A stretch of 64,000 nt of DNA from Candidatus Kerfeldbacteria bacterium (GCA_016193315.1 JACPSJ010000001.1:219981-283980), one strand, 5' to 3'. Shown: positions 1 to 10,637, counted from the stretch's first letter. Numbers and translations: made by a program. Notes: generated by a model not told the origin, from the sequence alone.

Positions 1-24
1 CCGGAAGATGGCCGCCGCCAGTCC

Positions 25-1428
25 GTGAAACGAGTTCTGCGAGCGATTCAACAATTCTTCCTCAACGAACGGGGCCAGCTGGTGTTTGCGGTGGCTTTGT
101 TGTTACTCATCCCCGGCGCCTTGGTGTTGAATACGCTTAGCTCGATCCAGTCGGCGCGGCGGAACATGGATATCGAACTGCAGCGCAAAGCGCTGCTGGC
201 GGAACGGGCTTTCCAAACCACCGTCCGCGATCTGCTCCGCGACCAGCCGCGGTTGCAGCAGGCGATTACTGATCTGCGCGCCTCGAGCGAGGAGGTCTGG
301 GGGGTGGACGTGCTGGTGCCACAGGGAGAACAGTTCTCGGTGCTTGCTAGCGCCGTTCCCGAGACCGCCGGCCGAACGATTACTGACCTCAACGCGGTCA
401 TCGCCTGGCACGAAGATGGAGCCATCGCCTACCAAACCGTGTCTTCCGATCGCGTCACCGTCGGGCAGGACGTCCGCCCGGGTGACCGGCAGCAACGGTT
501 CTGGGTGGTCATCAGTCCGATCAAGGACACCGCTGGGCAGAAGGTGGCCCTGGTCAGTATGAAATTTTCCTCGCAGGTGGTCGACGATCTGGTGGCCGCC
601 AGCATCGTCCGCGCCGTCTTCATTCTCTTCCTCAGCATTATCGTAGTGGTCCTGCTGCTGGCTTTGAACTCCAAACTATTCCAATACACCGTCCTCTTCC
701 GGAAACTGAAGGAAGTGGACCAAATGAAGGATGAGTTCATTTCCGTAGCCTCGCATGAATTACGGACGCCCATCACCGGCATTCGCGGCTATCTGGAGAT
801 GGTGCTCGACGGGAGTTTGGGTCCGGTGACCGAGCAGGTCAGAAAACCGTTGCAGGTTGTCAACCAGAGCGCCGAACGGTTGGGCGTACTGGTCGAAGAC
901 CTACTCAATGTGTCGCGAATTGAGCAGGGACGTCTGGATCTAGTCCTGACCGAGGTCAACCCATGGCCGGTCGTGCAGGAGGTCATCGCCGAACTGATAC
1001 CAATGGCCAGGGAGAAAAACTTGCCGCTTACGTACCAGGGTCCACCGCAGCTGCCAACCTTGAAGGTCAATCGAGATCGACTGAAACAAGTGCTCGTCAA
1101 CTTGGTTGGCAATGCGGTGAAGTACACCGCCAAGGGGAGCGTTTCCGTCCAGACTGAACAGCGCGAACAAGAACTTCGGCTCCGGATCGCCGATACCGGC
1201 ATCGGCATGAGTCCATCGGAAATGGAACGACTGTTCACGAAGTTCTATCGCATCCGCAACGACAAAACCCAAGAAATCAGCGGCACCGGCCTCGGTCTGT
1301 GGATCACGAAGCAGATCGTGGAGAAGATGAATGGGACGATTGAGGTCGAAAGCATTGAGGGTGTTGGGTCGCAGTTCATTGTCACCTTCCCGCTGGCGAT
1401 GCCGGGGAAAGTAAAACAGCAGAAGTAA
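25..1428 (+). CDS. Membrane sensor histidine kinase (HisKA + HATPase_c)
   Basis: Two TM segments; H-box FISVASHELRTPIT; N-box NLVGNAVKYT; G-boxes DTGIG and GTGLGL. Confidence 0.93.
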   Translation: MKRVLRAIQQFFLNERGQLVFAVALLLLIPGALVLNTLSSIQSARRNMDIELQRKALLAERAFQTTVRDLLRDQPRLQQAITDLRASSEEVWGVDVLVPQGEQFSVLASAVPETAGRTITDLNAVIAWHEDGAIAYQTVSSDRVTVGQDVRPGDRQQRFWVVISPIKDTAGQKVALVSMKFSSQVVDDLVAASIVRAVFILFLSIIVVVLLLALNSKLFQYTVLFRKLKEVDQMKDEFISVASHELRTPITGIRGYLEMVLDGSLGPVTEQVRKPLQVVNQSAERLGVLVEDLLNVSRIEQGRLDLVLTEVNPWPVVQEVIAELIPMAREKNLPLTYQGPPQLPTLKVNRDRLKQVLVNLVGNAVKYTAKGSVSVQTEQREQELRLRIADTGIGMSPSEMERLFTKFYRIRNDKTQEISGTGLGLWITKQIVEKMNGTIEVESIEGVGSQFIVTFPLAMPGKVKQQK

Positions 1429-1613
1429 GTTCCGATCGCTCAGGATTCCTTTGGACTGGAGCCTTACCAGTGGTGTTGGATAACCGGATTTCTTCCCCGC
1501 CAAAAAAATGCTGCCTCGCCCTGAAGCCAATCGAGTATAGCTTGACTTGAGTCGGGGTTCTGGTAAGCTCGAAACGCTTGTTGTTCCCGCTCCTTCTCTC
1601 AATCTGCGGAGGG

Positions 1614-2423
1614 ATGATGCTCAGCCAAGCATTTCGACGGTTGTTCCCCAGGCCGGCACCGATTATCGGCATGATCCACGTGTTCGAAGGCCCACCTGAA
1701 AAGCAGGAAGCTCTGGCAATCAGGGATCTGGCGATGATGGAGCATTCCGTCGACGGAGTCATTGTCGAGAATTATGGCTGGGGCGGCCAGGATTCGCTCC
1801 GGGCTACCGACCTGGCTCGTGACCGACTGCTTGGCCTGGCGCGGGCGGTGGCCGCGAGGGCCGACAGCTCGGGAGTGCGGGTCGGCGTGAATCTGCTGCC
1901 GAACGACTTCGAATACGCCCTCGACCTCACTCACCAGGCCGGGGCCAGCTTCGTCCAGCTCGATCACGTCACCGGGCAGTTCGTCGGAGACGAATCAGTC
2001 GATCCCACCAAGTACCGGCAGCATCGCCGGGCGCATCCCGGCATCGTAGTTCTCGGCGGCGTTCACCCGAAGTATTACCAGCTCCGGAATCCGAATACGC
2101 CGATTGGCCAATCAGCGCGTGTGGCGATGGAACTCTGCGACGCGATCGTCGTGACCGGTACGGCGACTGGCCAAGAAACCAGCCTCGACGATCTTCGGGC
2201 CGTTCGGTCAGCCGTGGGAGATTTTCCAATCTTAGTCGGCAGCGGATTGAACATCGATAACCTGCGTGAGCAGCTCGTGGTGGCTGACGGCGCCATTGTC
2301 GGTAGCGCTTTCAAGCCTGGCGGTGTCCAGCCAGGTTCACTGCTCAACCTGGCCAACATCACGGAATTCATGGCGGCGGTTAGAACGGTTCGTGCCGCTT
2401 CGTCCCCACCACGCGGCAGCTGA
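1614..2423 (+). CDS. BtpA/SgcQ family TIM-barrel protein
   Basis: IIGMIH, DGVIVENY, GVNLL, DAIVVTG.ATG, PILVGSG and DGAIVGSAFK motifs; ATG 1614 follows GGAGG. Confidence 0.85.
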   Translation: MMLSQAFRRLFPRPAPIIGMIHVFEGPPEKQEALAIRDLAMMEHSVDGVIVENYGWGGQDSLRATDLARDRLLGLARAVAARADSSGVRVGVNLLPNDFEYALDLTHQAGASFVQLDHVTGQFVGDESVDPTKYRQHRRAHPGIVVLGGVHPKYYQLRNPNTPIGQSARVAMELCDAIVVTGTATGQETSLDDLRAVRSAVGDFPILVGSGLNIDNLREQLVVADGAIVGSAFKPGGVQPGSLLNLANITEFMAAVRTVRAASSPPRGS

Positions 2424-2509
2424 GATTCTCCGCCGCTTTTTTTATCGCTTGCCTCGGCGGCCCATCTGAGCTAGCCTGTGACCAGACTCTTATAGCGGAG
2501 GAATATGAT

Positions 2510-3187
2510 ATGGAACTGATCAGCACTTTTCCCGACCCCGAATACTTGGGTCGGCTAGCCCGGCACCTGAAGGACAAGATTGAACAACACCAGCAGGGCC
2601 AACCGCTCGAACAGCTGCTGATGAGTTGCAGCGCGGCCATGAACTGGATCGCCGATTTCCTGACCGATCCCAATGTCCGGTGGACCAAGCAGGAACTCCG
2701 GGTAGATGACTTGTGGCTGACCGGCACGAATCCGACTTGGAACGCCATCATCATCGATCGGTGTAAGCGTTCGCCGGCAGAGCTACGGGCCATACTCAGA
2801 TCCGATCCGCAAACCGCCGCCCTATTCGCCGAAGCAGAGTTTGACGAACTGCCGATCTTGGTGCGGGTCGATGACGGTAAGTACAAGGTGCTCGACGGCA
2901 TGCACCGGGTTATCGCCGCCATCCGCGATGGACGCGAATCGGTGACTGCTTTCGTCGCTCGGCTCGATGGTCAGCCACGGCCACAGTGCGAGCCGCATGT
3001 GGTCTATGATTTGCTGCGGGCCTACCACCGCGGCATCAATCGTGATCGCCAAGCACTCGTAGTAGCTCTCCGCTTTCTGCGCCACGCCTACGCCAACGTC
3101 GACCGGCTCCTTCGCGAACGCTTCTCCAAAGCCTGGGTTCCCGACGACGAGATGCAGGCCATCATCGCCGAGGCGTTGCAGGAGTAG
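2510..3187 (+). CDS. ParB/sulfiredoxin-like nuclease domain protein
   Basis: PILVR...YKVLDGMHRVIAA motif; SD GGAGG upstream. Confidence 0.6.
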   Translation: MELISTFPDPEYLGRLARHLKDKIEQHQQGQPLEQLLMSCSAAMNWIADFLTDPNVRWTKQELRVDDLWLTGTNPTWNAIIIDRCKRSPAELRAILRSDPQTAALFAEAEFDELPILVRVDDGKYKVLDGMHRVIAAIRDGRESVTAFVARLDGQPRPQCEPHVVYDLLRAYHRGINRDRQALVVALRFLRHAYANVDRLLRERFSKAWVPDDEMQAIIAEALQE

Positions 3188-3217
3188 AACATTCGCTCAC
3201 CATGGCAGCTGAAGACA

Positions 3218-4171
3218 TCAGCTGTTTTTCTTTTGGTGGCGGTTGCGGCCGTGATGTTTTTGGTAAATCTCTCGCAACCGTGGATTGGTAATGTGTGTGT
3301 AGATTTGTGTGGTTTGGATGGAAGCATGACCCAACATCGCCTGGACGCTGCGGATATCGGCACCGCCCATCAGTAGATCGGTGGCAAATGAATGGCGTAA
3401 GGTGTGCGGCGTTACTCGTTTCGTTATGCCGGCGGCCTTGGCATAGTGGTCGACCAGGCGCTGAACTGACCGGGCGGTCAGCGGTCGAAGATCGGCTGAT
3501 CGGCGACCAGCCCGGTCGTGTCGAACAAAGAGCCAGGGCGCCATGTCCCGACGTCGCTGCACGTATGCAGCCAGCGATTGCTTGGCCGCGGGTGACAGAA
3601 AGACAATCCGCAACTTATCACCTTTGCCACGAACCGTGAATTCATCTTTTTTGAGGTTGACCTGATCGCGCTTCAGTCCAACGAGTTCGGACACTCGTAA
3701 GCCTGAGGAAAAGAGAAGTTCGAGAATGGCCCGATCGCGCAGGGAAACAATGGACGAACTGCCGCCAGCGGCTGGCGCGCCAAGAAATCGCTCCAAATCA
3801 TCGCCCTCGAGAAAACTGACTTGCCGCTCGCCGGTCCTGGCCAGCTCGATTTTCTCCGCGGCCAATGTCCGGACATCGTTCTTGGCCAGGTATTTCAAGA
3901 ACGAACGCAAGGCGATGAGATAGTAATTCTGGGTCGATTTTTTGAGCGGTTGGCCGCGACGGTTCGTTTGGCGGTTGAGCCATAGCCGGAAATCGCGGAC
4001 GTCATCGAGGGTTATCCGACCGGGGGCAGTTAACTTCGTGACCGTCAGGAACGTAGACAAGTAGTGTTCATAGTTCCGGCGGGTGAGGAGACTCTTATTT
4101 TTCTCGACTTCGATGTACGTCAGGAAACGTTTTGTCCAGCGCTCCAACTCATTCACCGGGGTGTGGGGCAT
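3218..4171 (-). CDS. XerC/XerD-like tyrosine recombinase
   Basis: RDRAILELLFSSGLRVSEL, GKGDK, TPHTLRHSFAT, LGHASIQTTQIY; start set at ATG 4171 after TACAAT-6 nt. Confidence 0.93.
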   Translation of the reverse strand: MPHTPVNELERWTKRFLTYIEVEKNKSLLTRRNYEHYLSTFLTVTKLTAPGRITLDDVRDFRLWLNRQTNRRGQPLKKSTQNYYLIALRSFLKYLAKNDVRTLAAEKIELARTGERQVSFLEGDDLERFLGAPAAGGSSSIVSLRDRAILELLFSSGLRVSELVGLKRDQVNLKKDEFTVRGKGDKLRIVFLSPAAKQSLAAYVQRRRDMAPWLFVRHDRAGRRSADLRPLTARSVQRLVDHYAKAAGITKRVTPHTLRHSFATDLLMGGADIRSVQAMLGHASIQTTQIYTHITNPRLREIYQKHHGRNRHQKKNS

Positions 4172-4222
4172 GAAATCATTGTACGACACTTTGCCTATAC
4201 CATTCAATGGTATACTTTGATC

Positions 4223-5152
4223 ATGGAAGAAACATACACTTCAGTTGCTCGTGAAGTGGTTGAGCGACTTGTCGTGAAAAGGGATAAACGTCTTGGCCAT
4301 GAGTCAATCAAACCCCTACTGCTCGTTCTCGGTGGCAGCATGCGCGGTCCGTACGGTGCTGGCGCCATTCACGCACTCTTCGACTTCGGCCTGGGCAAGG
4401 TATTCGAAACAGTCGTCGGGATCTCAACCGGTGCGGCAATTGGCGCTTACTTTTTAGCCGGTTCAGAAGAACAAATTCGTCTCGGTAGCTCACTCTATTT
4501 TGAAGAGTGTACCACCTCTCTTTTTTTTAATCCTTGGCGCTGGCGCAAGAAGGTTGATATTGACTGGCTGATTGAGGGGATCAAACACGGGCCTAAACGC
4601 CTTGACGTTGCGGCGATTCAAAAAAACCCAACCCAGTTCTTCGTTGCAGCGATTACGCGTCGCGGTCGACAAGAGTTGATTGACGCGAAGACAGCTTCAC
4701 CAGACATACTGACCGCTATCAGGGCTTCGATGGCCGTGCCGGGATTTTACGGACAGTGGGTTACCGTGAACGGCCAGCAGTATTGTGACGGCGGATTCAA
4801 CGATCCGTTTCCTCTCGGCAACGTTATCGACCGTTTTCATCCAACGGATATCTTGATTATCCCGAATCAGTCGTATGATGTTGCAGTCGGATATCGTCCC
4901 TCTTTGAGCGATGCCATCGCGGCTTTGATGGCGCTTCCTCAACTGGGGGCATTAAAGGCTGGAGAGATCTTTCGACGGAAAATGAAATTTCGAAAGGTGA
5001 TGGAATCATTGCCGAGTATCAAATCGGCGCGAATCTCTGTGTTATGGCCGCCGGCCTTGGGGCTTCACGAGGCTTCAAGAAATTCCACTATGCTACGTTC
5101 GGCATATAAACAGTCTCGAATGACTGCTAGCAAATTTCTCCATGGCGCGTAG
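4223..5152 (+). CDS. Patatin-like phospholipase
   Basis: GGSMRG, GISTG nucleophile elbow, ASMAVP, DGG; start set at ATG 4223. Confidence 0.88.
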   Translation: MEETYTSVAREVVERLVVKRDKRLGHESIKPLLLVLGGSMRGPYGAGAIHALFDFGLGKVFETVVGISTGAAIGAYFLAGSEEQIRLGSSLYFEECTTSLFFNPWRWRKKVDIDWLIEGIKHGPKRLDVAAIQKNPTQFFVAAITRRGRQELIDAKTASPDILTAIRASMAVPGFYGQWVTVNGQQYCDGGFNDPFPLGNVIDRFHPTDILIIPNQSYDVAVGYRPSLSDAIAALMALPQLGALKAGEIFRRKMKFRKVMESLPSIKSARISVLWPPALGLHEASRNSTMLRSAYKQSRMTASKFLHGA

Positions 5153-5197
5153 GAATTGCTGTGCTGGTCATACGTTCACTGACTCACTCGCCAGTTC

Positions 5198-5875
5198 ATG
5201 ATGACCCCCAAACAACGCTTGTGGTTGTCGGCCGGGCTGTTCACCGCTATCATCGGCGGCCTAGTGCTGGTTATCGTATTTTCTCCGCTTCGGCCGCTGC
5301 TGACATCACCGGAAAAATTGCGCGACGGTGTTCGACAGTTTGGTCTTTTGTCTCCGGCCATCAGCATCAGTCTGGAAGTGATGCAGGTGATTATCGCGCC
5401 CATCCCCGGGCAAGCCATCGACATCGCCAATGGCTATCTCTTCGGCTGGCCAGGCGTCTTCGTTTCGCTCGGCGGGATCGGTCTCGGTTCGACCTTAGCC
5501 ATCGGTCTGGCCCGCCGCTTTGGCCGGCCATTGGTTGAAGTCCTCATCACCCCGAAAGGTCTAGCTAGCATCCGGCCGTATGTGCGGCGCCGTAGCCAGT
5601 TGTTCTTTTTCATCCTTTTTCTCCTGCCCGGCACGCCGGATGATCTGCTGTGCTTTGCCATCGGCTTATCGTCGATCCCGTTCGGCCGAAGCGTTCTGAT
5701 CGCCCTGCTCGGTCGGGCGCCGGGCATTACCGCCGCCGTCTTATTCGGGGCCACCGGTAGCCGGTTAAACCCGCTTGCCTTCACCGGCATTGCGATCGCT
5801 GTTTCATTGCTGGCCGGGTGGCTGATCTGGCGCTCGCCGTTGGGAGAGAAGTTACAGCCTACCAAATCGCGCTGA
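5198..5875 (+). CDS. TVP38/TMEM64 (VTT/DedA-like) membrane protein
   Basis: QVIIAPIPG, GYLFG, ARRFGRP, FLLPGTPDDLLC motifs; multiple TMs. Confidence 0.85.
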   Translation: MMTPKQRLWLSAGLFTAIIGGLVLVIVFSPLRPLLTSPEKLRDGVRQFGLLSPAISISLEVMQVIIAPIPGQAIDIANGYLFGWPGVFVSLGGIGLGSTLAIGLARRFGRPLVEVLITPKGLASIRPYVRRRSQLFFFILFLLPGTPDDLLCFAIGLSSIPFGRSVLIALLGRAPGITAAVLFGATGSRLNPLAFTGIAIAVSLLAGWLIWRSPLGEKLQPTKSR

Positions 5876-5992
5876 CCCAGCAACACTTTTGCCCCCCACC
5901 AATTTCCTGATCCTCTATTTCGGCGTAGAGTACATCGAGATCAGCGGCGCTTACGCGCCGCCAAGAAGATGACTGGCAAAAGTGGTGCTGGG

Positions 5993-6021
5993 TTGACATC
6001 CCTCGACGCCTCTGGTAAAAT
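5993..6021 (+). promoter_or_regulatory. sigma70 promoter of rpsO operon
   Basis: TTGACA-17 nt-TAAAAT with extended -10 TG. Confidence 0.8.
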
Positions 6022-6045
6022 CAGCACGTCTCAATAACCTAGGAT

Positions 6046-6121
6046 CGGTATCTCGGATCGGCCGCCGGGGACACCAATTCCCGGACTTGCGGTACCAGCC
6101 GCAGACCCATCTTGGATACCG
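6046..6121 (+). promoter_or_regulatory. Structured rpsO leader, candidate S15 autoregulatory RNA
   Basis: Closing stem CGGTATC/GATACCG enclosing hairpins CCGGGGA/TTCCCGG and TGCGGT/GCCGCA, directly upstream of the rpsO RBS. Confidence 0.55.
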
Positions 6122-6136
6122 TCGCCGGAGCAATCC

Positions 6137-6421
6137 ATGCCACTGTCGAAGGAAGCCAAAGACAAGATCATCAAGAAATACAAACTCCATGAGTCCGATA
6201 CCGGTTCGAGTGAGGTCCAAATCGCCATCCTGACGGCCGAGATCGACCAACTGACCGCTCATCTTCAGACGCACAAGAAAGATTTCTCTTCGCGTCGCGG
6301 GCTGCTGAAGAAAGTCGGACAGCGTCATCACCTCCTCCGTTACCTCCGGCGAGAGAACCAGTCGGCCTTTGAGGACTTGATCAAGAAGTTGAAATTAAAA
6401 GTCGGTGACGAATCCCCATGA
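6137..6421 (+). CDS. rpsO: 30S ribosomal protein S15
   Basis: [31 protein letters not shown]. Confidence 0.97.
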   Translation: MPLSKEAKDKIIKKYKLHESDTGSSEVQIAILTAEIDQLTAHLQTHKKDFSSRRGLLKKVGQRHHLLRYLRRENQSAFEDLIKKLKLKVGDESP

Positions 6422-7029
6422 AGACCACCGATCAACGAGTGGGCGTGTTCGTCGACGTCGCCAACATGTACTACTCGGCCAAGAATATTCACGGGACGCG
6501 CGTCAATTTCGGAAAAATCCTTGAGGAAGCGTCGGATAATCGCCGCCTCGTCCGGGCCATCGCCTACGTTATTCGGGCCGACACACCGGAAGAGCAGAAG
6601 TTCTTCGACGCCCTGGGTAAGCAGGGGTTTGAAGTGAAGATGAAGGACCTCCAAGTCTTCCCGGGTGGGGCCAAGAAAGGTGATTGGGATGTCGGCATCA
6701 CTATTGATGCCATTCGCATGGCCGACCGTCTCGACACCATCGTCCTGGTGGCTGGTGATGGCGACTATGTGCCGCTGGTCCGCTACCTACAAGAAGCGAA
6801 GGGCTGTCGTGTCGAGGTGATGGCCTTTCAAGAATCAACGGCCATGAAGCTGCGCGAAGCGGCCGATGCTTTTGTTGATTTGTCGAGCGATAAGAAAAAA
6901 TATCTGCTGCCGATCCGGACCGGAATCCGTCCCCAGTTGTCGTCGATCCCGCGGCCGCGAATTTTCCCCGGCCGATCACGAGCACCGAATCCACCGTCGG
7001 CGATACCGCCGGCTGATGGCCAGACCTAA
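6418..7029 (+). CDS. NYN domain (LabA/DUF88) putative RNase
   Basis: [38 protein letters not shown]; ATGA overlap with rpsO. Confidence 0.88.
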   Translation: MKTTDQRVGVFVDVANMYYSAKNIHGTRVNFGKILEEASDNRRLVRAIAYVIRADTPEEQKFFDALGKQGFEVKMKDLQVFPGGAKKGDWDVGITIDAIRMADRLDTIVLVAGDGDYVPLVRYLQEAKGCRVEVMAFQESTAMKLREAADAFVDLSSDKKKYLLPIRTGIRPQLSSIPRPRIFPGRSRAPNPPSAIPPADGQT

Positions 7030-7032
7030 AGC

Positions 7033-7773
7033 ATGGACTCCGCTGGCTCGGGACCAGAATTACGCCTGGAACACTTGCGGCCCGCCGAACTCTTGCCAGT
7101 TGGCCGCTTTGATGCCGAGACGGCCGCCCGCCTGGCCTACCAAGAGCGCGGTTCAATCGGACTGACGATCCATCAAATGTTCGTCGAGGCTGATCAGCAA
7201 CCCTATGATTGGACGCCGCATGAGGACGATCATTTTTCGGTTGAGCGGTTTGGGACCGACGCTGAGGCCTACCGCGCTTTTTGGGAAAACATCCTGGCTC
7301 AGCTTAAAGGGAGCGAAGCGGTCCAGCACTTTCGCCAAAAAAAAGGCAACCTCGACTCGAAGCAAGAGATGGCCGGGGTGTTTCACGCCTTTGAACGATC
7401 GGTCGTGCGGGCCCTTGATCGCGTGCCGCTCAACGACCAGCAGCGAGCTAAATTCCGAGCGGTGTGGTCAGAACGTGATTTCGTCTTGCCGGCCATGGCC
7501 GTGGAGATGGCCGATCAATACGCGCGCGCCAAAGCCGCTGGTCGGGACTATGACGAGGACGGCGAACGCGCCGATCAGTTCGTCCCCCAGCACCATCCGT
7601 TCTTGAAGTTTGTCATCGGGAACCCCAGGATTCGGCCGCTTGATTACTGGGACTCGAAGGAGGCCCGCGCCTACCTTCGGCGCTACGGAGCGCTTGAGGC
7701 ATCGGCCACAGCTAGGCAGCAGCTGAAAAGCGACTTGGGTAGCTTGCGCGATATCAATCGCCAGGCCGCCTGA
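7033..7773 (+). CDS. Hypothetical protein
   Basis: 246-aa ORF filling the operon between NYN and pnp. Confidence 0.65.
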   Translation: MDSAGSGPELRLEHLRPAELLPVGRFDAETAARLAYQERGSIGLTIHQMFVEADQQPYDWTPHEDDHFSVERFGTDAEAYRAFWENILAQLKGSEAVQHFRQKKGNLDSKQEMAGVFHAFERSVVRALDRVPLNDQQRAKFRAVWSERDFVLPAMAVEMADQYARAKAAGRDYDEDGERADQFVPQHHPFLKFVIGNPRIRPLDYWDSKEARAYLRRYGALEASATARQQLKSDLGSLRDINRQAA

Positions 7774-7881
7774 GTTGCCGTTCAGATCGTGAACGGCTGA
7801 TTCAATCATTGGGCGATGGTGGTCGGACAGGCAGGCTGTTGAAGCAGTCTGAAGTCCGGCGGCCATCCGAAAGGAATATCT

Positions 7882-10015
7882 ATGGAACCTAAACGGTTCT
7901 CCATCGACATCGGTGGTCGTGAATTGTCCCTCGAGACCGGCCAGCTGGCTGGTCAAGCCAATGGTGCGGTCACCGTTCGCTATGGTGAGACGGTGGTTTT
8001 GGCCACCGCCACGATGAGCAAAAAACTGCGGGAAGGGATCGATTTCTTCCCGCTGCTGGTCGATTACGAAGAGCGGCTCTACGCCGCCGGCAAGATCAAG
8101 GGTTCACGCTTCATTAAGCGCGAGGGCCGAGCCAGCGACGACGCGATCTTAACGGCCCGCCTGGTCGATCGCTCGATTCGCCCACTGTTTGATCAAGCCA
8201 TGCGAAATGACATCCAGGTGGTGATTACCGTTCTGTCGTGGGACCAGGAAAACGACGCCGATGTGCTGGCCCTGATCGGCGCTTCCACGGCGCTGATGAT
8301 CTCAAATATTCCGTGGGCCGGTCCGATCGGCGCCATTCGGGTCGGTCGGATCAACGGCGAATGGGCGCTCAACCCGACCTATGCGGCGCGGGACAAGAGC
8401 GATCTCGACATGGTCTTGGCCGCCAAGCGTGACGAGCACATGATGATTGAGGCCAGCGCTGGCGAAATCGACGAAGCGGTCGTTCTTGAAGGGCTGGAAT
8501 TCGCCCATAAGCACATTCGTCAGGTCATCGACCTGATCGAACAGGTGACCGCCGCGGTCGGACAACCGAAGCTGGCGATCGATACCAACGTCCTGTCGCC
8601 AGAAGAGCAGGCGGCCCGGGAAAAGCTAAAAACTAAGGTGCTGACTTTCTCCAATGGCAAATTACGGCAGATCTGGAAAACCAAGGACAAGCTGGAGCGT
8701 GAAGAAGCGATTACTAAGTTGACGGAAGAGCTTGATCAAGTCCTCAAGGCGGACAATGAGGTCAGTAAAGAGCAGCGGCTGGACGGCAAACACTTGCTCG
8801 AACAGCACCTCGATGACGAGGCGAGGCAGATGGTGTTAGATGAGGGAGTCCGGGTCGACGGCCGGAAACTCGATGAAATCCGCCCGCTGTCGGCCATCGT
8901 CGGTCTGGTGCCGCGGACGCATGGATCCGGTCTCTTTCAGCGCGGTGAAACGCAAGTCCTGTCACTCGTAACGCTGGGCTCGCCGGGTGATGAGCAATTG
9001 CAAGACACGATGGAGCTGACCGGCAAGAAACGCTACATGCACCATTATAACTTTCCCGGCTTTTCGACTGGCGAGGTGGCGCCGATTCGGAGCCCAGGCC
9101 GGCGCGAGATCGGCCACGGCGCCCTAGCCGAAAAAGCGCTATTGCCAGTGCTGCCAGCCAAAGAACAATTCCCCTATACCATTCGGGTGGTGTCCGAGGT
9201 CCTATCGTCGAACGGTTCGACGTCGCAAGCGTCAGTCTGCGGCTCAAGCTTAGCCTTGATGGATGCCGGTGTACCGAGCCGCACGCATGTAGCCGGTATC
9301 GCCATGGGCCTGATCAGCGATCAGACCAGTCCCCGTCCGCATCTCGGCCGAAGCCCTGGCCGGAGCCAAGAAAGCACGGGCCCAGATTCTGGAAGTGATG
9401 GCCCAAGCGATCGCCACGCCACGACCGGAATTGTCGAAATACGCGCCGCGCATTATTGCCATCAAGATCGATCCGGAGAAAATCCGCGACGTCATCGGCC
9501 GCGGCGGTGAAACGATCAATGAGATCATCGACGAGTGCGGCGGTCCGGATGTGATGAAGATCGACATCGAGCAGGACGGGACGGTCTATATCACCTCGAC
9601 CAAAGCCGACATGGCTCAGAAGGCCAAGACTTGGATTGAGAATTTGGTCAAAGACCTGCAGGTCGGTGAGGTTTACGAAGGGACGGTGACCGAGATAATC
9701 CGCGACCGGATGCGTGGTAATGAGATCGGGGCTATTGTCGAGGTCCTACCCGGCAAGGATGGGATGGTCCACATTTCCAACATCTCCCACACCCACATCC
9801 CGAACGTCTCAGACGTCCTGAAGATCGGCGATAAAGTCAAAGTAAAAGTAATGGAAGTCGACAAGGAACGCGGCCGCGTCAGCTTATCGATGAAGGCGCT
9901 GCAGCCAGGACCAGAAGGCGCCTTCGGCCTGGAACAGCCCCGCCAACGCCCGGGCGGATTCCGCGGCGACCGCGGACACCGCGACCGCGGCCCGAGGCAT
10001 CGGACTCGATTCTAA
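7882..10015 (+). pseudogene. pnp: Polyribonucleotide nucleotidyltransferase, internally deleted and frameshifted at ~9325
   Basis: RNase PH domains (DFFPLLVDYEE, RREIGHGAL, SNGS, AGIAMGL) in one frame; KH and S1 domains in another; the TDI.G.ED..GDMDFKVAG segment is absent. Could be an assembly error. Confidence 0.85.
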
Positions 10016-10032
10016 CCACCATCGTATGTTTC

Positions 10033-10064
10033 GCGGCCCCGACTCTGTCGGGGCCGCCGTATTT
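10033..10064 (+). terminator. Probable terminator hairpin after pnp
   Basis: GCGGCCCCGAC-TCT-GTCGGGGCCGC 11-bp stem, weak U-tract. Confidence 0.65.
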
Positions 10065-10154
10065 GATGGCCCGGCTGACAGTTGTTTGGTCGTTTGGTAT
10101 ACTTTTCTTCGGTTCGTTCGTTATCGGTCCGGGGCTCATCCGTGGAGGTTCTAG

Positions 10155-10580
10155 ATGCCAGATCGCGATCCTACGCCGGCGCCAGCCGGTCACCTCGATC
10201 CGCCAGGCCGCGGACCCACCATCGGCCTAGCGATGCTAGACCAGCCAGCACCGCGCCAGCCGCCTGGCTTGGCCGACCGCTTTGGCCATGCCGCACTACT
10301 GACGTGGCGACGACTCATCCACCGGCAGCCTCAACCGCGGGTTCATGAAGTGCGGCCGGCGGTGGTCGAAGCACTGACCGCGCATGGGTCATTGTCCTCC
10401 GTCGAGTTGGCCTTACGCTCGTGCCGCTACTTCGAGGCCGAAGCCGAAGCCGCGGTGATTGGTCTGATCGCTGAAGGTCGAGTGGTGGTGGCGTATGAAG
10501 ACATGCGGCCTGGAGGATCATTGCCCCCGCGGCACGACTGTCCGGTTCGACTCAAGACGCTGTTCGACCCGGCCACCTAG
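10155..10580 (+). CDS. Hypothetical protein (possible C-terminal winged-helix-like region)
   Basis: SD GGAGG, TGnTATACT promoter upstream, terminator downstream. Confidence 0.55.
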   Translation: MPDRDPTPAPAGHLDPPGRGPTIGLAMLDQPAPRQPPGLADRFGHAALLTWRRLIHRQPQPRVHEVRPAVVEALTAHGSLSSVELALRSCRYFEAEAEAAVIGLIAEGRVVVAYEDMRPGGSLPPRHDCPVRLKTLFDPAT

Positions 10581-10637
10581 CTCAGGCTTAAGCCTGAGCT
10601 AGGCCTCAGCCTTCGCCCAGCCGAAGGCTGCTTTTCT
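10576..10637 (+). terminator. 28-bp perfect palindrome followed by a terminator hairpin
   Basis: CCTAGCTCAGGCTTAAGCCTGAGCTAGG, then CAGCCTTCG/CGAAGGCTG + CTTTTCT. Confidence 0.6.

Noticed and set aside
3218-4171. Prophage or island integrase
   Set aside because: Length and motifs fit a housekeeping Xer recombinase; no phage genes or att repeats nearby
9320-9510. Programmed frameshift in pnp
   Set aside because: No slippery site is visible and conserved catalytic sequence is physically missing, so recoding could not restore it
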